A stretch of 64,000 nucleotides of DNA, from NCBI GenBank assembly GCA_013265495.1, contig MU058423.1, forward strand, positions 4,696,793 through 4,760,792. The letters run 5' to 3'. The notes under the pieces were generated by a model. The model did not search any database. It saw only the letters and a list, made by a program, of their open reading frames with translations, and was not told the DNA's origin. Positions 1 through 12,631 of the stretch are shown piece by piece. The position numbers were made by a program, and so were the translations under genes. The DNA comes from Vicugna vicugna. Taxonomy: Eukaryota. Position 1 is the first letter of the stretch; each line of letters starts with the position of its first letter.

Positions 1-380
1 CTGAAAGACTGCCTGGGAGACAGCCTTCCCCAGCGGGAGAAAAGTAGCCTCGAGGCTTTTACGAAGGCAGTGGAGGCTCTGTGGCTAAATCCACGCCTCA
101 GGTTCTGTTTGAAGTGTGCCTCTGACTCCGAAGGCCCGAGAGGGATGGACCAGGGTGGGACCGAGTGAGAGGAAGCTGGATGCTGGTTGCTGGCTGTTGA
201 GTACTTACTCCCGTTGGCACGGGCGCGGTCACATCCAGGTTTCCTTCTGTGTCAGTTCACTTACCTCCCAGCATTAGAAAGATGACAGAAGCCCTCCTAT
301 GGAATTCTGTCCCAGAATTTGGCTTTAGGGGCCAAGGACAGCAGCCCTGTAAGAAGATTTTGAAGATAATCTCACTAAGT

Positions 381-874
381 TAGGCATACCTTGTATGATT
401 GCACTTCCCTTTAACATGCTTTTCAGATATTGACTATCCTCACCCATTGAAGGTTTGTGGCAACCCTGCGTCCAGCAAGTCTATTGGTCCCACTTTTCCA
501 ATAGCATTTGCTCACTTTGTGTCTCTGAGTCACTCAGTCATCCTCACCATATTTCAGTATATTTTCGGTATATTACATTATTATTATATTTGTTATATTG
601 ATCTGCGACCAGTGATTTTTGATCTTACTATTATGACTCATTGATGGCTCAGATGATAGTTAGCATTTTTTAATGATAAAATATTTTTAATTAAGGTATG
701 TACATTTTTTAAAAAGATACAACGCTATTGCACACTTAATAGACTGCAGTATAGTGTAAATATAGTTTGGTATACACTGGGAAACCAGAAAATTCGTGTG
801 ACTTTCTTTATCGTGATATTTGCTTTATTCCTGTGGTCTGGACCTGAATGCACAATATTTCTGAGGTATGCCTG
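381..874 (+). mobile_element. Internally deleted Tigger1-type DNA transposon (TcMar-Tigger, non-autonomous)
   Basis: Terminal inverted repeats (T)AGGCATACCT at 381 and GAGGTATGCCTG ending 874, followed by TA; body matches recalled Tigger1 ends (GAAGGTTTGTGGCAACCCTGCG...; CACACTTAATAGACTGCAGTATAGTGTAAA); no transposase region. Confidence 0.85.
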
Positions 875-2414
875 TAAAGGTTTTCATGCTTATTTTTCTA
901 ATTTATTTCTTTTTAACATTCTCAGCAATTTTAATCATTTCTTATCACGTTGATCATCATTCAATTCCCCTAGTTTGCCAATACACTTCTTAAAATTTTC
1001 TTGCCTTAGTTGGTTAACCAAATAGTGCCTGGTTCTTGGGGAAACACCGCATCACTGATATGATGTCTTGTGCAAAGCAGAGTAGAACCAGTTCTGCCCT
1101 TGTTCTAGACCTACTGTAGTCCCCTAGGCTTATGTTAGTTGTTTTTTTTTTTCCCTACGACTCAAAACACACTTTATTCTAGATAGCAACTCTGTGGAGT
1201 AAGATAGATTTGAGGGAAGGAGGATATGGGCTGTTACCATCTATAACGAAAACCAAGAAGACTCAAATGATCAACTGTAAAATACCTTTAGCTTATTTAC
1301 CCGTCTCCAAAATACATTATTAAAAAGCCTACTTGAATGGAAACATTTTTTAGATACATTTGATTCTTCATATTTAGTGACTTAGTTAAATGAAAACAAA
1401 GAGAAGCCAAACATGTAAGACAACATAGAAATTTAAGTACATGCTGTTAAACACTATCTCAGGGCTATCACTCAGTTGGAAACAAACGGAACGTTCCTTT
1501 CCTTCCTTCCTGTTTTGTTAATATAATAAAACCTATCTTTTTGATGCAAATTAGGAAAATTTCTTCAGTTAAGAAGTCCAGACTTGTTTCTTTGACTTAC
1601 TTTCTTCTTTGGCTTATTTATTCTGCTGAATTTCAGTGGTTCATAAAAGTTATATTTCCAACTCATTTCCTTTTTTTCCCTAGAAAATAACTTAGTAACA
1701 AAAGGAAAGTTATTAAGCTGGGAATAATGCCCCTGAAATCTGTGTGTTCTTTTACTTTAGTCTAAAAATGTGAGATACCCATTCATGACAAGCAGTGAGG
1801 AATATACAAACAGAAGGTCATTTGATGGCTTGTGTTATTTTACTTCTTTGAAAAATAAGCTTCCAGCAACAGTCTTTATATGTGAATTTCCTCGGAAGGA
1901 TGTCTCTATCAATTTGGTGAGGTTTTGAAAAAAAGGCCCCTATTATCAGGGTCTGTGTTTCCAGGGCTAGTCTGTCCTGATGGAGGACCCTCTTGAAGCC
2001 AGAAAATGAGGTTAATTACACACAGGAAAGTCAAACAGTCTAATGGTCAGGAAACCCCTAAAGAGTAAAAGATCATTCGCTGGGTTTGGTCAAGATGAAA
2101 TTTACATTCAATTCAACTGGAAGTCAAAGTCTAGCATACCTTCAATTGTCCAATAACAGACAGATTATAGTCAGTTTCTAGCTAAGCATTGAAGTAGCTT
2201 GCTATCATTTTAGGGGGAAAAATCTGCTTGATGGCTGCTCAAATTCTGGAAATAGTTTGAAATGTTAATCTTTAATGTACCATAAAACATTGGTGGTTTT
2301 GTTCTGGCAGACATGGATGACAGTCTTCAACTCCAGCTGATTGAAAGCTAAGTGATACAAGGGTATGCGTGAACCTATTGAATGGGCAGACCATTCAAGG
2401 GCTTTCTGATTTTC

Positions 2415-3400
2415 TTACAGCAACATCTTGGCTACACTCTGTGGTAATGGCACTAATGATAAGGAAATTTTTGAAGGCAGCATCCCAAATTTCAAGCTTT
2501 ACCCAAAGCTTCATGGTTCAAAAGTACATGGATACTGCCAGGCTTTGGGTCACTGTCATTTCTGTTCTTGCTCTCCTGTCATAATGCCAGGATACTTGTC
2601 CAGATGGGAGACTAATTAGACATAAAAGTCTGCCCCATTTACAACAGTAAATTCTCTTTGCAATTGAGTGAAGACATTGATGCCACAGGCATTGGGGTGT
2701 GTGGGTGGGGGTTTCGATAGGGCATAAGATCACACTTGAATTCCTCAGTATGTTTAGACTAGAGCCAGGTCCTCCTTGGTGAGCTCCATGGAACCATTGC
2801 TTTGGACTTGAATGGTTATGTCCAACCTCTTAGCTTCCACTGAGCTGGCCACAGAGTTCTGGACTTCTCTTGCTTTGACTGTTCTGCCAATTTCTGCCAC
2901 ATAGCCTTAGCTTCTTTTCATCTGCTGCACATATTCCAGGAGTCTCTCCTCCACCACCTGTTTTCTTTCCAGAAAGGTGTTTCTTTTAATGGTTTAATTC
3001 AAGTGTGTCTCAACCTTTTCCAGAGATTTGACAGAGGTTCATTTCACTTGTTCCATGTCATCTCGATTTGCATGTCTAGTTCTCTAATATAGTTTTGCAA
3101 TCAATCTTTATGCCTTTTAGTCTTCACGGGGCCTTTCTAATGGCTGAGAACCCTTGGAAGATTTCAGAACGTAGCTGGGGAGAGTCTTGCTCCATGAGGA
3201 GGCACTTATTTTCTGACCAGAGAGTTCCTGTTCTTATTGGTAACTTGTTGGAGCTGTGTCTCCCTCTCGTTTTTCGCTTCTCTGTGGGACTTTCTGCAGT
3301 TCCCCTGGGTATCCTTTGCCCTTTGTTTCTATGCCATAGCTAGATCTTTTCAACAGCACACCTCTTCCTCCATAGAGCTAAAAATGTTCTGTCCCTGATA
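2415..3400 (-). pseudogene. NDE1: Processed (intronless) pseudogene of nudE neurodevelopment protein 1, KMLL-terminating isoform
   Basis: Manual minus-strand translation gives colinear blocks: FSSMEEEVCC*KDLAMA*KQRAKDTQ (vs NDE1 [26 protein letters not shown]), ETQLQQVTNKNR, DMEQVK*TSVKSLEKVETHLN*TIKRNTFLE, KQEKSRT..SSVEAKRLD and FGMLPSKISLSLVPLPQSVAKMLL* (TAA at 2415-2417). Whole CDS in ~1 kb without introns; many stops and frameshifts. Confidence 0.9.
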
Positions 3401-3852
3401 AGATGGGGGAAGAGCTTCACTCTTCCTATGGTCGAACGTGCAGGTTCTAGAGGTGCGGAGGGGGTGGTTTCTGGGGTACAGCCCAGTCCTGTGTTAGCTC
3501 CCTGAGAGCTAACTGGCATATTGAGGGCTTCTTGTGAACTAAAATTCACGACAGTTTTCTTTATGAATTGCAGTTTAGCCCATTTTCTTTTGACCTATGT
3601 TTGGACACTTTATTAAAAAGTCTGAATAGAAGACTTGAAAATACCATTTATTAGATTTTAGTTTGATTGTAGAGATCATCTGAGTGATTAATTTTGTAAC
3701 TCAATGCATGAGCTGTCCACTTCCCTAGCAGTCACAGATTTGATGAACTTGATTGTGTGTTTTCTTTTAAGAATATTCATTGTGTGTCACCCACCTACTA
3801 AATATTATATCAGACATATCATGAAAACCTATTAAGATAAAATTCTTTAAAA

Positions 3853-3883
<31 letters not shown>

Positions 3884-4003
3884 TTGGCAGGTAGGTAATT
3901 ACGTCTGTTTTTAATTCATTTATTTTAATGGAGGTACTGAGGATTGAACTGAGAACCTTGTGCATGCTAGGTATGCACTCTATCACTGACCTATGCCCTC
4001 CCC
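3853..4003 (-). mobile_element. vic-1-type camelid tRNA-derived SINE
   Basis: Reverse complement begins GGGGAGGGCATAGGTCAGTGATAGAGTGCATACCTAGCATGCACAAGGTTCTCAGTTCAATCC (A/B box-like head), with A-rich tail; AAATTCTT on both flanks is a likely TSD. Confidence 0.85.
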
Positions 4004-5544
4004 ACAAATTCTTCTTTTTGAGTTGGTCATAGGCTGGTTGACTAAGTACCCAAATAATTACAATACAGTGCAATGTGATTGAAAATGATGATGCAATTTT
4101 GCCTTGTTTTAGAACTTCCCAAATTAGGAATGACTTCTCTCTCTGGAGAAGAGCTCAATCTCATTCTTTACAAAAAAACAACACGAAGAAAACCATCACA
4201 AAAACCCTGGTTGTTTCAGGACCAAAAGAAAGAAGCCAAATAAAAGGTTAATGTACTGTATACTCATTCTCTGTCTGAGACAGTGTTAAGCAACTTCAGA
4301 TGTCAACCATTGATTTTCAGACTCAGCCAGAGGGAAGATTTTCTTTATGTGTCTGAGCAGTTCCAGATTCTTCACTGGCAGAGTTCACCTGGAGGTGGAG
4401 AGGTGTTACGGAAATGTTTGTTCACAAGTTCAGCCAAGCTCTCTTGCATGACTGGATGACTTGTGAATAGGGGCAAAGATGTTCTAATTTTCTCTCTTCT
4501 GGGACATAAATAATAGACCATAATGATAACTCATCACTTCCTCATAACAGCATTTGAATGAGCTTTAGTCAGGAAGTTCTTTCTTTGTTGACAAAATAGC
4601 AAACAGGACACTTTCTGAACAAAGGGAGCTTTTCTCAGTTTGCAAGTATTATCTGCAAAATGTATATAAAATTTATTTTGTGGACATATGAAGGTTGATG
4701 TGCTTTTCTTAAACATAGTATATAACAGTCACATTTTATTAGGTTCATTTTTTTTTTTCTTCAAAGAGGAAGAAAATCATTAATTGCATAGTGAATGATA
4801 AGGTATTCTCAGATCCTTCAAAGGACATTTTATCAAGGATCTCCCAGATTAGGTATTTGAAATTCTACAAAAGTGCAGAAAAGGTAGTGACATGCTTACT
4901 AATTTTTCACCAAATTTCTGAATTTCAAATAAGAATGAATTGATCAGACTTATGAAGATAAAAAAATGTGACATAAAATCAGAAAATGCCTTTTGGTTTG
5001 ACATAATTCCTAAACCCAAGTAGAGAATACTCGTGGAATCATGGATCTCCAATTTGAGTTAACTGTCTGAGGTGGATATTGAGAATAGAGTTGCAACTAC
5101 TCAGTGTCTTCAGTCCGACTGACGACTGTGTTCTTTCTTTCTCTCTCTCCTTCTCTCTTGTTTTTTACGAGATGTATTAATAGTGGCTTTTCAGTTCAAG
5201 TGTGAGAGCAGTATTGACAATTTTCAATCTATTTTGAAATCCATGTTTTGAAAGATCACATTTTTAAGATAGTTTAATTCTTTCAAGATGCAGTGACTTC
5301 TCAGTTGCATGTTTCCTTTATAGTAATACTCTTCCCCCCTCCCCAGTTTCTGTTACTTAAGCTCAGCTCAGTTTTTAACCTTCCATTATCATCCCATCCA
5401 CATATTTATGCAAACATATAAACATTTCATTGTAAAACCATTTATACATATGCATATTGTATAATATACTATACTTATATACTATGCTATATATAGCATT
5501 TATTCTTTTGACTTTTTGTGTGTGTTTGGCTACTCTCTTACATA

Positions 5545-6210
5545 ATTAATTAAACAAATAGATATTTGAGTATCTACAATATTCCTAGCATGATTTTAAG
5601 CTTCTGGGAGCACAGCAGTGAGCAGAACAGATATGTAGAGTATGCATTCTACTGGGATAGACAGAAAATAAATATGAATAAAATAGAAGATAATATTTGA
5701 GAAAAAGAAAAAAAAATGGAAAAGGGGAATACAAAGGTGTGGGTTAAGGGTTGGTGATTTTGGATAGAGTGACCAAAAGGAACCTCATCAAGAAAATGAT
5801 AATGGAATGAAGCAATGATGGAAGTGAGGGAGAGAGCCATGTGGATATCTGGAGGAAGAGCATTCTGAGCTAATGGGAGCAGTGTATGCAAAGGCTCTGA
5901 GCTAAGAGTGCTCTTGGTGTGTTTGAGGAGCAGCAGGGTGGTGATTGTGGAGAATGAATGGGGGACTTGATTCTGTAGGCATTTAGAAGTTCTCAGAGCC
6001 GTTGGCTTTTACTCTGATTGAGATGGAAAGATACTGGGGGGTTTAGGATTGACGTGATTGGGCTAGCATTTTAATAGGATACTGTTTCCACCTTGTTGAG
6101 AACAGAGTGTATGGAGCAAGAGTGGAAGCAGAGAAGCAAGTCAGAAAGTTCTTCTAATCATCCAAGTGGTGAAGGAGGGGAGAAGGGGTTTGATTCTAGA
6201 AGGTAGAGTT
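5545..6210 (-). mobile_element. L2 LINE 3' portion (left piece, split by an L1)
   Basis: Antisense L2 3'-end pattern AAACAAATAGATATTTGAGTATCTAC...CAGCAGTGAGCAGAACAG and GGAGGAAGAGCATTCTGAGC...TGCAAAGGCTCTGAG. Confidence 0.75.
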
Positions 6211-6214
6211 CTAC

Positions 6215-7480
6215 GTTACCTTACTACTACTTTCTCTGCCCCAGCCCTGGCGTCAGACATCAGATTCTGGAAGCAGGATCTTTGGTTCCTTTCGATGGGT
6301 CAGGGTAGATATCAAGACCTGGACACTATGCTCATTGATCCTGGGCCATTTCAGTGGACGGAAAATAGATACTTAACTACTTTTTAAAATTCCATTCATT
6401 CCTACTAAGATTTCTTATTCTAATTCCAACCACAGGGTTCTTTCTTGCCTTCCCACATTCCCAATTTGTATTTTCTTTCTCCCACAGTGAGAGTTTGCAT
6501 CCAAAAAATATCAGTATACTTACTATGGCTCGATCTCATAATATACACAAAATAGTTTGAGAGTCACTGCACCTACACCACTAAAAGACAAATCTACTAA
6601 ACTGAGCTGAAAATTTCTTCACAAGTCTCTGTCTCTGGACTGAGGGTATCTAACTGAAGTGCTATGTACAGATGTTACTTGGATTCGTTTCTTTTTTCCC
6701 TACGTGGCTATATAATCCATTTGTTCTGCTGTTTAATTTATTTGTTTCTGTTTGTATTCAATTTTAGTTTGTTCCAGTTCATTTTGATTTAATTTAATAA
6801 TTTTAATATGTAAAATATTAGATTGTTTCAACATCAAAATTATACAAAGAGCTATTCTCAGCGAGGTGCTGCTGCCTACCACCTGATTCCCGTACACCAA
6901 TTAGCCAATTACATTAGTACTTAGTATATCATTCCTGGATTTCTTTTTGCAAAAATAAACAGATGTATGTATATGTGTCCCTCTACTTTTTCCTATCTAA
7001 GAGGGAATAAAGTGTACTTACATATTGTACACTGCATTTTTACTTAACCATATATACTGGAAATCATTCCACATTCGTTCATAGAAACCATCTTCTCTGT
7101 AGAGCTGTGAGCACGCCATTGGGTGATGAGCCAGAGATCACTCAATTAATTTCTAGGTATGAGCATTTAGGTCATTTCCAATATTTTGCAATAACAAAAA
7201 ATGCCTCAGTATAAAACCTTATGCGTACGTATCTCCTTATTTTGGGGGATACAGTATCAGAGTAAATTCCTAGAAGTAGGATTGCTGGACCAAAGGGTAA
7301 AGGTAAACATAGCTTTGTAAAATACTGCCAAAATAGCTTCCAGGGGAGTTTTCTATTTTTCATTCCCACGAGCAATGTCTGAAAGTGCCTGTCTTCCCAC
7401 AGCTGCTCAGACAGCATGTTGGTAAACTTCGAATTTTTGTAAACTTGATAGTATCTCAGGGTTGTATTAATTTGCAAAAC
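6215..7480 (-). mobile_element. Old L1 (L1MC4-like) 3' fragment inserted in L2
   Basis: CTGCCCCAGCCCTGG...TTGGTTCCTTT 3'UTR pattern and ORF2-end antisense motif AAATTCCTAGAAGTAGGATTGCTGGACCAAAGGGTA. Confidence 0.75.
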
Positions 7481-7482
7481 TA

Positions 7483-8155
7483 ACATTTTGACTTGAGCAA
7501 TTAGGAGACAGGAGATTTCTATTAACTGCATTGTGGAATATTGTTTTTTAAAAAGAGAGTTTTGTAGTCATTATCTCAGTTTTGGACACATTAATTTTAA
7601 GTCCTCTATTGGACATGCAATTGAACTTGTTGAGTTGAGAGTTGATACCTAACTGTAGAGTTTAGGGGGACGGTATGGATTAGATACAATTTTATGATAT
7701 AATTGTATGATATTTACATGCTTTTTAAACTTTAGATCACCAAAGGAATGCATTATTCAGAAAAGAAGTACAAAAGTTCAGCCCGTGGCCTCTCTCACAT
7801 TAAGAAATCGAGGAAATGATGAAGGAAGAGCCAGATCAGAAAATTGGGAAAGAATATTCAGAGAGGCAGACAAACACGGAAATCTGATGTCCTGGGAGCC
7901 ACATACAGAAAGTGTTTAAAGGTGGAGAGACATATGTTACAAACAGGTTAAATTATTTGAAAACTCACCATGGAGTTTAGTAATCTGGAGGTCTTTAGTG
8001 ACTTTGATAAGAGCAATTTTTGTGGGTGCTGTAGTGAAAGACTGACTGGATTGCTTCAAGAGATAATTGACAGGAAAAAAAATGTGCTGGAGACTGGTAG
8101 CATAGACTACTCTTTCAAAACTTTTTACTATGAGTGAAGTAAAGAAATTGGGAGC
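7483..8155 (-). mobile_element. L2 LINE (continuation of the 5545-6210 copy)
   Basis: CAGTTTTGGACAC...; GGAGGTCTTTAGTGACTTTGATAAGAGCAATTT; GACTACTCTTTCAAAAC resemble the L2 body. Confidence 0.7.
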
Positions 8156-8959
8156 AAATTAAGTATCTCAAGAATAGACACTATGTCTTTACGCTTTTTG
8201 GTATCTTCAGAGCACTTTATTTCTAAGAACATTTTTATAATACAAGTATACACTCTGGGTTGAAAATGTTTTCCAGTGGGAATATCCCTTGTGATTTCCC
8301 AGAAAGAGTGAATGTGTTGGGTTTTTTTGTTTTCAATCAGAAGTCTTTTATTCTTAATATTCAGAAAGATGCAGACACAATTAATTCCGGTCAGAGACTG
8401 AAACTTGGATATGTTGCCTCCTCATTAGGTTGACATGAATTCCTTACTGTTGGATTGATTTTTCAAACCATGCTATTTTTTGTTGTCAGTTGTAGTTACA
8501 ACAGAATATGAATGTTTTTAACTTACTCAGGGAAATGCTTTATAATTTTTGGAGAAGCGGTATATCATACTTGAAAAAACACTGAACAAAAGGTGAAGGA
8601 CATTCAGTTTCCTTGAATACACAGACCTATTGTTGACATATTCTCTCAACCAAATGACCATCCTTTTCCTTCTTTGATTCGTTACTCATTACCATTATTT
8701 TACCAAATTTATTTGAAATGTTGATGTAAAAAACTCTCCCAAGTAGACATGCCTTACATTTTTCCATTCAGATTTTTATTTTGAACATAGCATTGTTTTA
8801 TGCAATTACCATACATTATCATAACCCTCCCCCCAAATTATCATCCATAGAGAGTATTTGTCTTTTGAAGATCTCACCAAAGTCACAGATAGGACTATGG
8901 GACTGACCTGCTACCATTATCTTTGAAGAAGGCCATCAAATCCCTCTAAATTAGACCTA

Positions 8960-9516
8960 TGTAGGAGAGCAAAATTTGTCACTCCAAAAATCTGTCTCTT
9001 TGGCCTGTGGATTATCTCAAGCTGAAAACAATCAAGGCCCAAAAGACTCTGACTTCTCCCATCTGCCTAAAAGAATGTAGACAGAGGACCTGCTCCAGGA
9101 AGGCAGGCATCACCACAGACAACTGCAGTATGAACTGGATATGCAGACAGGGAGGAACCCAGCTAAGTCTGCTGGTTAAAATTCCTCTGTGTGCCATTGT
9201 CTCCGCAGGGCTCAGCAAACATTTGTTTATCAAACACTTATTTGCCTTTTCATCTCCATGTGAATTGCCTTCCCCCACCTTTGAAGTCCCAAACCATTTT
9301 CCCAACATCCTCTTTTGTCTTTAGCTGAAGATCATATCTAAACTGAGGGTTTTGGACGTTTCGGCAGGTTATTCAGTTTTCCTGGGTCTCTTCCATGTGC
9401 ACATGTTTTTAAACTTTTATATGTCTTCCTCTTGTTAATTTATCTCATGTCAATTTAATTTTTATACCAGACAAGGGGACCTAGAAGGGTAGAGGAAAAT
9501 TTCTTCCTCCCTATCA
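8960..9516 (+). mobile_element. ERV1 solo LTR, MER34/MER39-like
   Basis: TG...CA termini (TGTAGGAGAGCAAAATTTGTCACTCC...TTTCTTCCTCCCTATCA); near-TSD CCTA/CCTC; typical TGTCTCTTTGGC...GGATTAT start. Confidence 0.75.
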
Positions 9517-9935
9517 CCTCTTACTACTAATAAAATACCTTTCAACTGAGGGTGTCAATGTACTTTACTGAGTAAATGGATACAGGAAAGTAATTTAAAT
9601 TTTAGTGAAACCATATCTCAAGCAACTAAGCAAAGAAAATGCTCAATATTGGGGAAATTTTTAAGTTAGAAACCATTGTACTGTGTTCATTTATTAATTT
9701 CACAAATATTTAAGAAATTTTGTTGTGTAATTTCTCCTTTGAAAATAAGTATTTCATTCAATTTACTTTTATCTTATTCATTATCAGTGGAGGTAAAATC
9801 TTTGGCATATTTGACTATATTGGGTCTGTTTAGTGCCAACAGGATTTCCTACTTCTCTGTCTAAAGGTTGACTATCCACGGTAGAATCAGTAGTAAAGGT
9901 AAAATATCATGTATCTTCTTTGGTAAGTACTTGTT

Positions 9936-9941
9936 TATCTA

Positions 9942-9973
<32 letters not shown>

Positions 9974-9976
9974 TCT
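9936..9976. repeat. (TCTA/TCTG)n microsatellite
   Basis: Directly visible tetranucleotide repeat. Confidence 0.9.
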
Positions 9977-10029
9977 AACTATTAGCAAGCCACATACATG
10001 AAAAGCACTAACAATTTAAAATAAGCCAG

Positions 10030-10272
10030 TCATTATTAAATGCTTACTCTATGCAAAGTACTTTGCTAAGTACTTTTATTCTTAAAATTCTTTAGAATTC
10101 TTTGCATTCTTTTATTTAACCCTCACAACAACCCTATGAAGTAGATACCGGCATTAGTTCTTCTGTAAAGATGTGAAAACTGCTATCCAAAGAGCTTAAA
10201 CACTTGTTCAAGGTCAACAGAACTAAAACTCGAACTCAGTGCTCTCTAACTCTGCAGCCCACATTCTCAACC
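10030..10272 (-). mobile_element. MIR SINE
   Basis: TTTAACCCTCACAACAACCCTATGAAGTAG...CTTGTTCAAGGTCA core. Confidence 0.8.
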
Positions 10273-10663
10273 GTGGGTTTGGAGAGACAGGTAAATTAGT
10301 TTCTTGCTTTTGAGACAATTGTGGTCTAGAGCTATGAGAATCATGATGACAGTAAGGTCAGAAATTCTCTGTTGGTGAAGGCAAGAGAAAGAATTAGCAT
10401 TTTCATGAACTGATTCACAGAGATTAGTTTCTGCCCATTGAATACTTTTTTTTTAAATGGAAATACTACTGTGTGACAGGCACCTGCTAGGTACCAGAAA
10501 AATGGTGATAAGTGGCCTGCCTCTAGGCAATCTGCCTTGAATCCAGTGTCCTATCTGTGACTGTGAGATGCCAGTGGAGCTCATTTCCAGGCATTTTGGT
10601 CCTCTGGGGATTCTCTGTTTGGCCTTCTCCAGCCCCCAGTGGTTGGTTTACAAGGATGCATCA

Positions 10664-11031
10664 TGGAGATGGGCTGAATCTCCCCCTCATTTTGACTAAA
10701 TTTTAGGCAGGTTTCTTCCAGACTATAGACCCCTGACCTCCCTTTTTTTAGAGCACTTACTTTAGAAAACATAAGATTGTCAATTCTTTCTCTGCTCCTT
10801 TGAGATGTAAATCTTATACAACCCAAGAATGTTTTCCTCAAGGATCCTTGACCAACCTTCTTTTAAAGTCCTCCAGTACTTTTCTATTAGCTCATCTCAG
10901 TGCTGAAGAATCCTCTAGCCTTTTGTGTCAACAGAATTGAGTTCTTTCTCTCACCTCCATTGCAATGGTCTTTGAATAAAGTCTTCCTTGCCTGTTTAAT
11001 CCATGTGGTGCAACTTTTTTTTTTTTTGACA
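10664..11031 (+). mobile_element. ERV1 solo LTR, MER67-like (internally deleted)
   Basis: TTTGACTAAATTTTAGGCAGGTTTCTTCC...AGAGCACTTACTTTAGAAAAC...TGAATAAAGTCTTCCTTGCCTGTTTAA...TTTGACA end. Confidence 0.75.
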
Positions 11032-12631
11032 CATGTGCTGTGGGCATGGTAGAACCAGAAAAAACAGGATATAAAAGCAGTGATAAAGACAATCGGAAGG
11101 AAGGAGTTCTCATTATATATGTGACTTGAGCCAGAATCCATGGAATCCTGAACAAACCCCTTCTAGCAAAACGAATTTCTATTGCTGAAATAATATTAAT
11201 TGAAACCATAGAATACTAGAGCTGAAATGGACTCTTGATATTGTTAAGTCCAGTTTCTTCAGTTTACAATGAAGAAACAGGTCGCCTGCCCATATGATCA
11301 GAGCTGTATTGTAAAGCTGGTCTTCTAACAGTCAGTTCAGCCCATTTGGGGCAGACCTGTGTTTTATATCTATCATTTGAGAATCTTCAGGCTACTAGTC
11401 ACAAAAGCACATCTTATATACCTAAGATATTTTCCCTACTTTGATAGATTCGCTAACAGTCAAGGGGGAGAACTATGTACATTGTCATAATCTCTCTTAT
11501 ACCAATAAAAATACTTGAGCTAATGTCTTGGATCTAATATGAAGTTCTATATCATATACAGCCTCATTATTTGAATTAAGATCTACCAGTCAATGCCCTA
11601 TCTGGTCTTAATTTTAAAACATCCAATTTTGCTTCAAGCTGTTAGGAAAATTAAAATGTATTATTTTTAGGTTTTACAGCATTTTCAACTAGTTCGTTGT
11701 CACAAGATGAATATTGCAGTCTATCAGTTTTTTTATTCATGATGCTATTTAAATAAATATCAGGTTTTTGTATGTGCTGTTCAAATTCTCATTATCATGC
11801 AACAAAGCCTTTCCAAATTGCCCAAGGTTAGTGCTTTTGTTAGAACCCAGGAGATTCAAAAACATAGAAAACATAGCTAGAATCATGAGAAAGTTAACTG
11901 AACCTATATTTGGAAAAAATATATATAATTAAAAAAATTAACATCAAGGTCACATCACCAGATTTAGCCATCATCAGACTTGAGTCACTAAAGATTAAAT
12001 AAAGCTCATCGAGATTAATTCATAGCAATACAATATTTATCTCTGTGTGGTCAACTGCCTTAGCACCTGGCGCAAAACGTTTCACTTGAGGAATGTCTTG
12101 GGTCAAAGAAAACGTTTGGAGTTGTCTGGGTTCCAGAGTAGTTTAAAACAAATGGAATGCATAAATTACTGCTAATTTTTTCTTGTAAAAAAATAAAGAG
12201 TAAAGAAATGAAATGGCTGTACCGTCAAGCCAAGCACAGGCTACTCTGCTCCTGAGTTGAAAGGTTTATGACTCGTTTAAAAGTGCTTGTTTTTGAAGAC
12301 TAGAGCTCAGTGGGAAGGACATTTTGATTATCAGTTTCAAAAAGCGTCAGTTCATCTACTTAGTGTTGTAAGCGGAAAGAAAGTGCCACGCGGCTGCTGT
12401 ACTGCACGCGTAACTAACGGTTAAGTACTTACTCTTTCAGGTGGCCTAGTAACCCTTCGCCTTTGGAAATACAGAAAGATCAGAACGTTTACCTTGTTAA
12501 GGAGCTGAAGCGCAGGGTAACTGACCAGTCACGTTTGACCTCCTTTCCCCTGAGTGAGGGTTCTCCGTGCCTCGAGCAACACCGAAGTCCTTCCCCTGTG
12601 TTTCTGTTGAATCATTATCTGTAGTCCTGAT

